DNA of 62,938 nt, counting the filler, from Rhabdomonas costata (taxonomy: Eukaryota): assembly GCA_019059605.1 (NCBI GenBank). It is 48 parts of 48 records of this genome, joined end to end, with 100 filler letters (N's around TTAATTAATTAA, not from the genome) between each part and the next. Parts side by side here need not be neighbours in the genome. Positions count along the whole stretch, not along the records: positions 38,099 to 39,311 come from JAHMHO010023397.1; positions 39,412 to 40,624 come from JAHMHO010023398.1; positions 40,725 to 41,937 come from JAHMHO010023399.1; positions 42,038 to 43,250 come from JAHMHO010023400.1; positions 43,351 to 44,563 come from JAHMHO010023401.1; positions 44,664 to 45,876 come from JAHMHO010023402.1; positions 45,977 to 47,189 come from JAHMHO010023403.1; positions 47,290 to 48,502 come from JAHMHO010023404.1; 40 more parts are not named here. One strand, given 5' to 3'. Below the pieces are notes generated by a model. The model saw nothing but the letters and a program-made list of their open reading frames with translations, was not told the origin of the DNA and did not search any database. Made by a program: the position numbers and the translations under genes. Positions 38,524-50,600 of this stretch are shown piece after piece. The first letter of the stretch is position 1; each line of letters opens with the position of its first letter.

Positions 38524-39230
38524 TCGAAGTGCCACTCGTAGCTGAGCTGCAGCCGCAGTCTTGCGTGATCCGCGGTCTCCACCTCCAGCACGTCGCTGAG
38601 GGTGTCTGGGCCCAGAAAGAGGTACAGCGAGCGGATCCGCCCCTCCACCTTCGGCATCACCATGTTTGGCCGCTCCGGCACCCACTCCGAGCCCGACAGC
38701 GACAGCACTGGGCATACAAACACCGCTTCATAAATCATAAATGACAGGAAACCATTATCGTGACGAAAAACAACAGTGTTGTTTACCACCATGTCGTGCG
38801 AGTGTCGTGGGAAGCAGGCAGAATGCATCTACCGTGGAGAGCTAACGGAACAAAAAAGTGAATCGACGCAATGTATAGAAAATATGGCTGTGCATATAAG
38901 GATGCAAGAAGAGGGCGACAGAGTAGCACCCATGAAGGAGAGGTGAGGGGGGTAACATAAAAATAAAATCGTGCGACCGCTATTATTGTAGCGCAGAGGT
39001 GGTGGGTGGACTACAATATCCTGTGAGGTGCTGTAGAGGAAGGCCAGGGCCCCAAGGCCGCAGAAGAGCGCACCTGTGAACTCCTCGTCCGGGCCCAGAT
39101 CGACCCGGTCAGGGCCAAAGAGTACTCGCTGGGTGCGCTGACGGAAGTCGTAGACCTGGCAGATCGTGTTGTGGGGGAGGTTGTAGGTCACCAGCCGGGT
39201 CTTGTCCCGCTTGGACTTCCCACTCCAGCC
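38524..39230 (-). CDS. MVP: Major vault protein, exons 39230-39074 and 38707-38524
   Basis: [51 protein letters not shown]...[34 protein letters not shown] is the MVP repeat-to-shoulder signature. Confidence 0.95.
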
Positions 39231-40205
39231 CTGTGGAAGCAGCATCACCCAAATCCCATCGCTGGGGCAGAGAAACAAAAAACGAATGGACGGCAGCGAA
39301 GGGGGACGAGGNNNNNNNNNNNNNNNNNNNNNNNNNNNNNNNNNNNNNNNNNNNNTTAATTAATTAANNNNNNNNNNNNNNNNNNNNNNNNNNNNNNNNN
39401 NNNNNNNNNNNTTTTGGGTGTTTATGCATGCCTCGTCTGCTCTGAAAAGAAATAGATGGCTGTCCGCACAGCATGCATTCAATGTGTAGAGTTTGAATCA
39501 GCAGATCCTTTGCAAACTTTGTAAACCTCTCCGTACCTCATCGACCCAAAAAAAATGTATGAGCTTGGTAGCATTAAACATCGGAGGGACCAAGGGAAAC
39601 AAGCACGATTGTCTAAGACAGACAAAAGCGCTCCAGCAGACCTGGAGATTATTTTCAAGGGAGAGCTTCTCACGGCCGTTGGGATAGGGAAGGACCTGCC
39701 TGCAAATGAAAAATTGCACAAAAATTGCAAAAAGTGGACCTGGGTTTTGTAAACGAAAATTACGAAAAAAATTTTCCTGCTTCGGCTTAGCCCCCTACAA
39801 CCATGGTTCAATTTTCCACAAACTGCAAAAACTTTCGAAAAAAATCGCGTAAAGATATGGCGCAAACAACAAATGACACCGAATGAATCTGGCTGTATGT
39901 CTTAGTGTGCGAGGACTCACGCACGCACCCACGCTGTACGTACCCTGTACCGCCGTAGGCCAAGCTGCGCTTGGGGGGGGGGGACCGGAATGTGTTTTGA
40001 GCATTCCTTCGATAGCTTGGGTATCTCAGCGAAAGTACCCACGGTGGCCTTTTGCTCTTGCGGACGCTCCTTTTGTTTCCCTCGGGACTTTGGGGAGGTG
40101 GCAAGTGCTCCTAACGAACATCTCCCTCCCGCAGTCCCGAGCAGTTGTCATAAGCGTTTACGCTTGAGCCTTTTGCGCTTGCAGGGTTTTGCTCCGGTCT
40201 CTTCG

Positions 40206-40605
40206 ATGGCTGGTACGAGTGCGCTTCACAATCCCCGATTCAAAATGGAAAGCTTTACCCTGCACCACCTTCACATGAAGGTACTCGTTCGGGATCCAGA
40301 CCAGTGCTTCGAGGGCGATGAGGCACGGTTTGAGGCTTTCTGGGATGCCGACATCCTGGGCCATGTCATTGTACGCCTGGGCCTCTTCCCCTCCTATTTT
40401 CTCTCGTGAAGTGCGTTCCTTCCGTTGACTCGCGCGTCCTTCGCCGTATCGTCGTGGCTCGAGGCTCACACTCACTCACCTGACTTTGTCAGTGTTGTTC
40501 GTTCACTGCAGTGGATTGCCTCCCGAGTGCTGTGCCACTACATTCTCCACAAAGAGGCTTCAGTCAAAGGCAAGACGGTGATTGAGCTGGGCGCTGGCCT
40601 TGGGG
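40206..40605 (+). CDS. METTL21/Methyltransf_16-family protein methyltransferase, exons 40206-40370 and 40512-40605
   Basis: Spliced ...ILGHVI|WIASRVLCHYI...VKGKTVIELGAGLG matches G..IW.AS..L..Y plus SAM motif I. Confidence 0.85.
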
Positions 40606-40959
40606 TTTGTCCCCCCCCCACACCNNNNNNNNNNNNNNNNNNNNNNNNNNNNNNNNNNNNNNNNNNNNTTAATTAATTAANNNNNNNNNNNNNNNNNNNN
40701 NNNNNNNNNNNNNNNNNNNNNNNNTTGTGTGGGGAAGTTCTCGATGACATCACTGCTCCTAATGGGTTGGATTGAAAAATTACGAAGGTAGGTATTGATA
40801 GGAAAACGGCAGTGTGAGTTATTAGATAGCTTGACCTGGTATCAGTTTTGTACAGGTTGGCTGCGTTATTCTAATTAGCACTGTTTTTGTGTTGAGGCAC
40901 TGTTTTGTGCCCTTACAAACAGCCTAGCTTTGCTGATAACCCCCACACCCCGCCAAAAA

Positions 40960-41861
40960 GAGAGACGGTGGCCACCGTGGTGGCGCGAATAAAGACCGCG
41001 CCGCCGGAGCAGAAGCTTCCGGTGTGGTACCTAGTGGACAGCATTCTGAAGCGTCTTGGGGGGGAGTTCGTGGTGCATCTGGAGCCTCACCTATGCGCCT
41101 TGGCGCAGCTGCACATGCCCTGCGAGGTCGAACACGCCCCGATCCGTGTGTGTGGTTGTATGATGCTGGATAGCTGGTGCTCCAGGCCTCTCTTTGTCTG
41201 CTCAGCTGCGGCTGGACATGGACCTTTTTGAATGAATTGACGATTTTTTGCGAGTCTATGCTGTTTCCGGGTATCACATGTTCTTCTTGGGGTGATCGTG
41301 GGACGTGGGAGGTGTGGGAGATTATTTGGAAATTACTTGTTTCTTGCCTAGTATTGGCTTTCTTTGTCTCTTTTGAGATGGCGGTGTATTCGAGCAAACT
41401 ATATTGGCCTTCAACCTTAAGATCTTAACGTAAAGTGGAACTTCGTGTGCTTTTCAACTTCCAAAGCGAGTATTTTCATGGGGCGTGCACGCGTAATTCT
41501 GTGTGAATTAACAACAAACAGCGAACGAGGACACGGCGAGTGCACAGGAGAAAAAATTTCGTCTGGTTTTTCCCTGCTGTCGAACTATGTCTCTAATGGC
41601 TATGGTTTCTAAATAAAAGGAGCTCCAGTGTACTGGCTAAGTTGAAGCGGAAACGCTCGTTTTGCGTTTTTCTTTGCTTGCTTCTCCGGGGCCACAGCTG
41701 GTGCTGTATCATTTTATTTTATTTACTTCATTTTATCCCTGTTCTGTCTTCGCATGCTTCAGAGCCCATCACTGGGTGCTAAGTTCAGTGAGATGATTGC
41801 CACCTGGGAGCCCGCCCTTGCAGTGGAAACGTTCCAGAGCTTGAGGGAAATATTTGAGCAG
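40960..41861 (+). CDS. CID (RNA Pol II CTD-interacting) domain protein, Pcf11-like, exons about 40960-41126 and 41763-41861
   Basis: VARIKTAPPEQKLPVWYLVDSILKRLGGEFV matches Pcf11 CID KLP..YL.DSI.K..G..Y. The next exon carries MIATW. Confidence 0.8.
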
Positions 41862-42037
41862 GTTTATCTTCAGATTTTTGTGAGATTTTCTCGTGAAGAT
41901 GAGGGTCTCATCTTCACGAGAAAATCTCACAAAAACCNNNNNNNNNNNNNNNNNNNNNNNNNNNNNNNNNNNNNNNNNNNNTTAATTAATTAANNNNNNN
42001 NNNNNNNNNNNNNNNNNNNNNNNNNNNNNNNNNNNNN

Positions 42038-42905
42038 GTTTGTTATATTTATAATATCTAATTCTTTTTTTTGAGAATCATAACGTAATATATTTATATT
42101 TACATCTAATAATAAACTAAGTATTGATATGTCTGTATCTGGACTATATATTGCATATGAATTTAATTTATATTTATTTAATGATTTAATGTGATCAAAT
42201 ATTTTTTTTCTCCTTCATTTGGTACATATTGATCTGAACAAATATATGTTTTTAGATTTTTACATATTTTCTTTAAATTATTCACAAAAGATACAGATGT
42301 TAAATAAGTTGTTAACAAATCCATAAAATCAGTAGATGGTGATATATTTACTTTAAAACTATCTGAATCAAATTTATATTTTTCATATAAATATCTATTT
42401 TCATCTGTTTTAATATTTTCTTTATATTTAACTAATAAATAATGTTTTAATTCACTTATGAATGTACCCATATAACGACGTTTTTGTTGTTGTATCATTT
42501 TAGATTTTGAAGGTACACCGTCTATAGATATATAAATAAGATGAATATCATTAACAACAAAACATTTTATAATAGTATTCATAATATATGAAAGTATTTC
42601 AAGAATAATAATTTTATTACAATCAAGTAAAATAAAATTTTTAATTGATGCTGTATTTTTTTTGTAAGATTATATTTTTTAAAAATAAGAGTTGTTTCAG
42701 TATCTATATTATCCGAAATAATATGAAATAAAGCATAATTTAATTCAGATAAAACAACAGAACTGATATCATGAATAATAGAATTAAAATCAAAATAAAT
42801 ATGTGAGATAGAAAGTAAAGAAGAAGAAGATAAAGATTTTGTAAATGGATCAATTAAATTGATAGAACTTTTTCTAATACTATTAAAAAATTGTTCAATT
42901 CCCAT
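42038..42905 (-). CDS. XRN-family 5'-3' exonuclease of giant-virus type, frameshifted twice (error or pseudogene), 3' truncated
   Basis: Across three frames: MGIEQFF, YFDFNSIIH, ISIDGVPSKSKMIQQQKRRY, ISPSTDFM, SD...PNEGEKKI, IYSPDTDI.ILSL are the XRN_N motifs in order. Intronless and extremely AT-rich. Confidence 0.85.
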
Positions 42906-42989
42906 TGACTAAATTTGATATACATATATATAAAAAAGTTTAAAAATTATTAAAATAAAAATTATGTTGTAATATAATATATTAAACTA

Positions 42990-43250
42990 ATGGAATATTC
43001 TCAAAAACCAGGAGGTTTAGGTAATGCTATGAGAGCTATGACAGATAAGGTACAATCAACAGTATCAAGTACTGCAAAAGCTGCTTTATCAAGTTTAAAA
43101 GATAAGGCAAGTTCTGCAGCACAACAACTTACTAAACCACAAGGACAAGTACAAGCACCAGTTCAACAAGTACAAGCACCAGTACAACAAGCACCAGTAC
43201 AACAAGCACCAGTACAAGCTCCAGTACAACAAGCACCAGCCCACAAACCC
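42990..43250 (+). CDS. Hypothetical protein with (Q)QAPV repeats, divergent from the XRN gene, 3' truncated
   Basis: ATG after an 84-bp AT-rich intergenic region. A/T-ending codons and tandem caagcaccagta repeats. Confidence 0.75.
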
Positions 43251-43919
43251 NNNNNNNNNNNNNNNNNNNNNNNNNNNNNNNNNNNNNNNNNNNNTTAATT
43301 AATTAANNNNNNNNNNNNNNNNNNNNNNNNNNNNNNNNNNNNNNNNNNNNCCCACCGCAACGGACTCTGCCACCGCGGAGGCCGTCGAGCAGGCCTCCCC
43401 CTCAGAGGCCAACGGGTCGGGAGACGGGATAGTGGCTGCAGGGACGTCAGAAGAGGTGTGGGCTTCCAGGCGGACGGTTGAGGGAAGGGAAGGGGCGGGG
43501 AGCGCAGGCTGGGAAAGGCTCAGGAAAAGCTGCAGGAGTTCCCACTTCGATTCCAGAGAGGCGCACAGCGCTGGGGTGCGGCCGTGGAGATCCTGACGTG
43601 GGCATCAGAAGGAAAGAGGGTCAGAAAAACAGAGATATTCAGCCAACACCCGATACTATACGCAGGCGACGCGCTGCAATGGGATCGGTGTGCGGAAGGA
43701 ATGCAGGCAGTCACTCCCAAGCAATCTCACTGTGATCAACCCTTTGCGCAAGGCCCCAGCCTCTTCCCGAGCCCAGTCTGCGTCTTTCCACTGCAATACA
43801 CTGTCTTCCGTGATGATGACTAAGCTCACTTCAGATTGCGGCGGGTGGATTCCGGTGCAGAGGCTTTCAAAAACACCATTCTGCTGTGAGAGCTGTGAGC
43901 ATTTAGCACCGCGGTGCAC

Positions 43920-44018
43920 CTGAAGGTTCAGATTCGCGCCTGCCTTGGCCAGGGCTCTCAAGGCCTCTACATTGCCGCATTGCACGGCGCAGTGCGCTGG
44001 AGTCCTCCCCTCGGAGTC
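43920..44018 (-). CDS. Single ankyrin-repeat exon (99 bp, phase 0-0)
   Basis: DSEGRTPAHCAVQCGNVEALRALAKAGANLNLQ between ttcag and GTGCAC. Confidence 0.88.
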
Positions 44019-46564
44019 CTGAACACAGAAAAAACATAACCGCCTGTCCAATGAGCCAGAAAAAAGCGCTTAGGGTGCGGGCGCAGCTCTAAAAGACTCG
44101 CGAAGTCAACCGCATTTCACGTTTTATTTCAGGGTAAAACGCCACAGCGTACCCTCACAGCGTCTCCGGATAATTTGTTGGCTCTCTGAGGGAAGGCGCC
44201 TTTACGACCGGTTTGCATTTTTCGGGGGTTTTCCCTACATGTTTCCGTACTTCCAAGACTGAATATCTCTGTAGTGCTATGAACGCACCCACCCTCTTGA
44301 AGACCTTTCTGCAGCGAAGAAGCTTTTATTTAAAGGGACGCGGTTCCTCCGCAAAGTTACTACCTCCCCCCCCTACACACAGACAAAAGACAGGAATTTT
44401 CCGAGTTGAGGGCGGTGAAGGGTTCTAGCAAAGGCCTTTGGAGAGGAATGCTAAGGGCCAAGGAATCCTAAGGGCAATGTTTCCGACTTTCAAATCGAGC
44501 TTTTGCTCTGGTCCCTTTGTGACTTTTCGGCTGAAAGGCAATTTTGGGCCGGCGTGCTTCATTNNNNNNNNNNNNNNNNNNNNNNNNNNNNNNNNNNNNN
44601 NNNNNNNTTAATTAATTAANNNNNNNNNNNNNNNNNNNNNNNNNNNNNNNNNNNNNNNNNNNNTGTTTGTTTGCAAAGGCTCTGAAACGCATGTCCCGGC
44701 CGCCAACCGCGGAGGCAGTTCGAGCCGGCCTGGACAACGTCGGTCACGCAGTCCTCAGGCTTAAGATATGTAGCTCGCACGCATTACTACACTTCATCTA
44801 CCTCCATCCTCAGGTCTCTTCACGCTCATCACCGCCCACTTCTCGCCGTTTTTTCAGAGCCTTTGTAAACAACAGCTTCTCTTCCATCACACACGTGGCA
44901 GTAGGCAGCTACAACATTTCTCATTCACAAGACGCAAACAAAAGTTCGCCTCATCTGTGATCTGCGCTCCTTAAACGCCCACTTCCACACACCTTTTGCA
45001 GAGCCCCACAAATTCCGATTGTTGTAGTGAATAGAGGGAATGACGATGGCTGAATTGTGTCCGCTCCGTTTAAATTGGTCTTTCGTTGACTGGAGCAGAA
45101 TTCATAAATTTTCGATTGTACCGGTTGTCCCCGCCTTTGTATTGCCAATTATTTTAGCACTTTGTTGTTTTTGATTATTTGTATGCTGGTCAAGTGAAGC
45201 GATTTGACTTTTCGTGTGCGAAACAGAAGTTTGCAAAGCAAAAATTAAATTATTGCCATACGAAAAATATGAAACCATCGGAAAGAAATAAGGTCGATTT
45301 ACCCCTTGAAGAATTGGGAAGTATGGAAAATTTGAAAGTTATTTTTATAATTCCGGTCTGGTCTTTGGACGAGAAGTCAAAGCAAGTCTTGGTTGCTGGT
45401 GGCTAACAATGTGTGACTCCACTACTATGTCCGCATTTTTTCGTCATCTCATTCGTTTTCTTCAACAGGTGTCATGTCCCTTCGATCGTGTCAGCAAAAC
45501 ACAACCTGCACAAGTACAACTGCCGTGAAAAATATGCCGTCGTGTTTGCCCCGGGTTTCTACAAGGAGAGACGCAAAAGAAAAAATTCGCCCATTCCCGA
45601 AAACGTCTGTCCCCAAAAAAAACACCTCGTGCTCTCCCTCTGATTACATTTGGAGAAAATGTAAAATGTGGGGTATTCCAAGCGAAGATATGGGCCCTGT
45701 GAGTTCACCACGTGTCGATTGGAGCGGCCAATGATCGCTGAAGCTCAACCCATCCGCGAAACGCGTAGCACCTAGCCACTGCTGAGCACGAGAATGCCTT
45801 GCGAAGGGCAGGAGGCGTGTAATTCACTGCACTCCCGAATGGTAGAACGCCGAACACGGAGAAATCAACACAAAACNNNNNNNNNNNNNNNNNNNNNNNN
45901 NNNNNNNNNNNNNNNNNNNNTTAATTAATTAANNNNNNNNNNNNNNNNNNNNNNNNNNNNNNNNNNNNNNNNNNNNTTGTGGTTTGAGGTATTTTTCTCC
46001 TCCAATGTTAACATCCACCGAAACTCTTTTTGTAACGGTGGATGTTAACATTGGAGGAGAAAAATACCTCAAAGCAAAAACAAAACTTCCCAGAGATCAG
46101 GGTACATATAGTTCCGAAATTTTTTTCTAAAAATTGAGTAGATGGATTGATTTATTGTCACAACAGTTACAATGGTGGATTGATATTATGAAAGTAAAGA
46201 ATTTCTAGGTAGTACGGTCTAACGTCAGTAAATGTTAGGATACTTACGGCAAGTGGCTAAAAATGAAAATAGCGTATGGTTACTCATCACAAAATACACG
46301 CTAAAATATTTGGTGTTTTGCATCCTTTTATTTCTTTTCGTTTCCGTGCTTATGCATGACGAATTAACTTAAGTCTCCCTTTCCCAACACCTGTGGTTAA
46401 GGGGGGTGTTTTTTTTGCCCCGTTTTCCCTTTGCAGGCGTTGGAATGGTTTTAGCTTGTTCTAGTTCTTTCCGCGGTGAGTATCTTGTCGGTTGTTGATG
46501 TTATGGTTGTAACGTGGCATGTGAAGGAGTCGTAAAAGAGACAGTTTGAAGTTCCCATTGCAAC

Positions 46565-46720
46565 CCCTGACAATGAGTTCAACGCTCTTCCACTACCGCT
46601 ACGTGAGAGACCAAAAGCATAAAGAGGGTGACGCTGTGACCCTGTGAAGCTGACGAAAGGAATGGGTTGACAGCGCAACGGAGAGTCTTAAGCCCGTCTT
46701 AAGCGTCTTTAAACGTACGG
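46565..46720 (-). pseudogene. Possible decayed tyrosine recombinase C-terminus (DIRS/Crypton-like element)
   Basis: LSTHSFRQ...(other frame LYAFGLS)...R*WKS resembles HSFR.G.A..L...G....GRWKS. Stops and a frameshift are present. Confidence 0.3.
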
Positions 46721-49700
46721 AGGCCCAAGAATCCGAGGCCGGTTCCGAGGATGTAGCTTGAAGGGCATCAGCCCGCCATAAGCTGCGGAGTGGCGTTTTC
46801 GGGAGCGGAACCCCAAAGATAGTCCAGAGTTGGCGTGGTCGGGTCCAAACGGGTCCAGCACAACCTCAGAGGCGCCAAGACAGCTGTCAAAAACGTTAGC
46901 GGCAGCCGTCACCTTAGCACTGCATAGCCCGGCCCACAAGGGTGCCCAGAATCTTCACCCCGGAAGCCCTAGGAACCCTCGGCCTGGAGAAGGCGACCTG
47001 GCGTAACCAAAACCTCTGCCCCGTCCACCGAAGTTCCCTCGCCTCTTCCATGATCGCCTCTTCCATGGAAGGACCTCCCATCTGGTGAAAGTGTCCTCCC
47101 GGCGTTAATGCGACTGCGGTGTGGCGGTAATCACACTTCTCGCTGGAACTGCATAAGCAGGCGGCCGAGAAGTGTGATTACCACCCCACNNNNNNNNNNN
47201 NNNNNNNNNNNNNNNNNNNNNNNNNNNNNNNNNTTAATTAATTAANNNNNNNNNNNNNNNNNNNNNNNNNNNNNNNNNNNNNNNNNNNNGGGGTTTTGGG
47301 ATAATAAAAATGCCTGGTATTCAGGCTCAGGCCACCCTTTGTAGGATGAAACGTAGCTGAGGTAATTTTAGCTTCTCCTTGACATAGCACGCACCATGTA
47401 GGGTGCTTATAGCGCTTGGACCACTGTCATCTTCGTCCACCTCGGAGCTTCTGGGCACTGTAATATGGGTGCCCATGGTGGTCTCTCAACGTGTGGTATT
47501 CATTATATGGACTTTGCAGTCTATTATTTTATGACTGGAAGAAGACTTCACTCTCAGGTATCAGTCCTCATCTATCAAGGTCTCGCTGCAATTCGTGTAG
47601 GTTGCTGTTGCTCAGGTAGCCTGAGCACACCTATATATTCGCACGCCTCCTTACGTTCTGAAATTGTTTTGTTTGATTTTGCGGTTTCCCGTTGTGTACT
47701 GGAATATTCTTGTGAATGTTCTTGTTTGTTTGGATATTTATTTGCGCGGCAACATTTGTTCCCGGCCTGTGGTTTTAGTGAATGCTTGCGCGTGTCCCAT
47801 TAGCTATTTCAGTTTCAGTTTCAGTTTCAATCCACTTGTCAAAGTAATTCCCGGAACCGAAAGCCGCTGGAAAGGTTGCGCAATGTTTTCCGTTGGACTG
47901 TATTCATCAGGAGTGTCATTATGGACTTGGCTTGAACTATATGGGCTCTCGCGCGCGAATGTGGTAAGAGGGCCTATGCTGTTCCACAAGTCGCATCCGC
48001 ATCCGCGTCCGCGTTGGGCCCTATGCGTCACCGGTGGGCCGTCTCCTTCCTGCAGCCACCGCGAGTCAGAACACAATCATTTTCCATTGGGCATTTCCCC
48101 TCCGTTTTGTGGGTGTAATACAGCGTGCATAGCTTGCATGTTCCTCCTCTTTCAGCTTGTTTTCTCACCATGTCTGGTTTTGGTTGAAAGTGGAAATGGC
48201 CGCTGGGTTTCGATGGGAATCCAGCTTACTGTCCTTCGCCACTCGCGGTGTGCCGGTGGAGGCGGCTTTGTTGTGGTGGTGGCAGAGAGGGTGGGTCTGC
48301 ATCCCCCCCCCCCCCTCTGCTGGGATGCACAGGATGCACAGGGGGGGGGCGTCCTCTAACGGGTGTTAGACGTTAAACACACGTTCTCCCTGGGATTCCA
48401 ACAGAATCTTTGCAGGGGTTAGGAAGGTGACACACATGTCCCCTGGGATTCCAACAGAAGGGTTGCGTGTTACACGGGTGTTAGACGTCTGACACCCCAC
48501 CCNNNNNNNNNNNNNNNNNNNNNNNNNNNNNNNNNNNNNNNNNNNNTTAATTAATTAANNNNNNNNNNNNNNNNNNNNNNNNNNNNNNNNNNNNNNNNNN
48601 NNGTGGTGGGTGTGTTTGGGTGGGTTTTTTTCTTACGGCTTCAGTGGAGATTTAAGACTTGCCCCTGTTTATTATAGAATTAGATAGTACGCTCACCGTC
48701 AACACAGAACCCCGACACACAACTTGCCTGTGACCATCTAACCTATGCATTTCCCCACATCTCACACCCCCTCCTCAGACATTGCTTGGAATTGCACTGC
48801 ACCATCATTGCATCGCCCACATTTGGAAAAGCAGAAAAAACGTTGGGGCACGTTGTTGTTGATCAGCACCAGTAGTAACCGCGCCAAAAGTCGTAGACAC
48901 TTTCCGAAACGACTCCAGGTACCACAAAAAACCTTCCCCAATCGGAAGAAAGAAAGAAAGGTTCTCTTCAGGAAGATGCAGGAAGAGAGTAGTCAGAGTG
49001 TACCCGCAGGAAAAAGTTCCGTCTCCACATCCTACACTCCTCAGAACAAGATTTGTGTATTTCCAAAAAGGCTGGAAAAAAACGACAATGTTGTTAAGTG
49101 GCCTTTCCGACAAAGCACACTGTCACTAACCACACCCTTTGCTCCCATCTGCTCGCAACATCGTACCTCGCCATAAAGCCCCACAGGGAACACCGAGCTC
49201 TGGTTTTGGTGGGAGTAGACCATAAGGTAGGAGGGGTCGGCCACCTTTTCAAACACCCAGCCGGCAAAGAAAATAGGAAACCCGCGACTGACCACGCGGT
49301 GTGGGGCACAAGTTTCAGTGAAAGCACAGTTCTTCCGGGTTATGGCTGAGGATCAGCCATTTTCCGACACATACACAATACACACTACTGGCACACTACT
49401 GGCATCGATACACCCTGCCCTGGTCGAATGGCATAGGCACAAGCTGCGGCCCTCCATCCTTTTTATTTTAAGTCTTGGCTGGTAGTCTAAAGTCCCAATG
49501 CGGAACGCTCCGGTAAGGCACTGACAGCCACAACAGGAGACCCGGCGAGACCCGGAGTGAGTTGAGAGACGGGAGGTTCAAAGGCATCTGCCCTTCTGAG
49601 CAGTGAAACATGGACCCAAGTGGTCCCAAGTGGTAAATGCCTACAGTGTTAACAAAAAACCGCGTGAATTACTTTTTGAAACGCTGGAAGGGGTTACACA

Positions 49701-50019
49701 ACTGACGCCAGCACCCTCAAAATGATTCGATTTGATGCAAGGGGGGTCAGAATTCCTGCATGAGTATTTTTTATTAGCAACCCAAAGGCTAAGGATAACC
49801 CGTTGCTGTGATATGNNNNNNNNNNNNNNNNNNNNNNNNNNNNNNNNNNNNNNNNNNNNTTAATTAATTAANNNNNNNNNNNNNNNNNNNNNNNNNNNNN
49901 NNNNNNNNNNNNNNNTGTGTGGTTTACTATTCCTCCAAAGTGCCAGCTTATTACAGGGTATCCCACGAAGCGCGATACTCTGTAATAAGCTGGCACTTTG
50001 GAGGAATAGTAAACCATAA

Positions 50020-50600
50020 GATCTGGAATGATAACCTTCAACAACGTCTGGAGCCTGTTAGTTTCATTCAGCAACTGCTGTTCCTTCACTCCAATGGAAC
50101 TCAGCGAATCCAACAGCGCTCTCAGCTCAACTGCTGTGGCTAGAAACGACTCTGCATTGATCTCTGTAGGGACTGCGCTTTCTCCTCAGAAACGCCTTAG
50201 TCTGGAAATATGATGATGGGTATTCAAACCATTCAACACTATAAAACGCCTCTCAACCTCGTACTTGATCTGTGGAGGAAGATAGAGACTAACCAACGCA
50301 AAGCCTCCCAATACTCTTCATCCTTAGTTCTGGGTATCTCCCTCTGGAAGTGGTCTGCTGTACTTCCCCTTTACCATTGGGTCTGAATCTGGAACTGTGG
50401 GTTGTTTTGGCTTCGCAAACACTTCGCTGGGTACTGAGATGGGCGATTTAGAGGGTCCGGCATGTGAAACTGTGGAAGAAGTGGCTGGTGATGTTGCTCC
50501 ACACCCTGGTCCACCCGTCTGCCTGGCTTCCTTTCCACCACTTCCCCAACACCAACTTACCTCTTCGTGGTCGCAAACCACTACAGTCCGAGTCTTCTCA
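50020..50600 (-). mobile_element. Possible decayed LTR-retrotransposon gag/protease remnant
   Basis: ELRALLDSLSS (aspartic-protease-like) lies downstream of CWGSGGK (degenerate Zn knuckle). Many stops. Confidence 0.3.

Noticed and set aside
42906..42989. Mimivirus early promoter AAAATTGA in the viral-like intergenic region
   Set aside because: No exact match on either strand. There is only AAATTTGA, which is expected by chance in AT-rich DNA.
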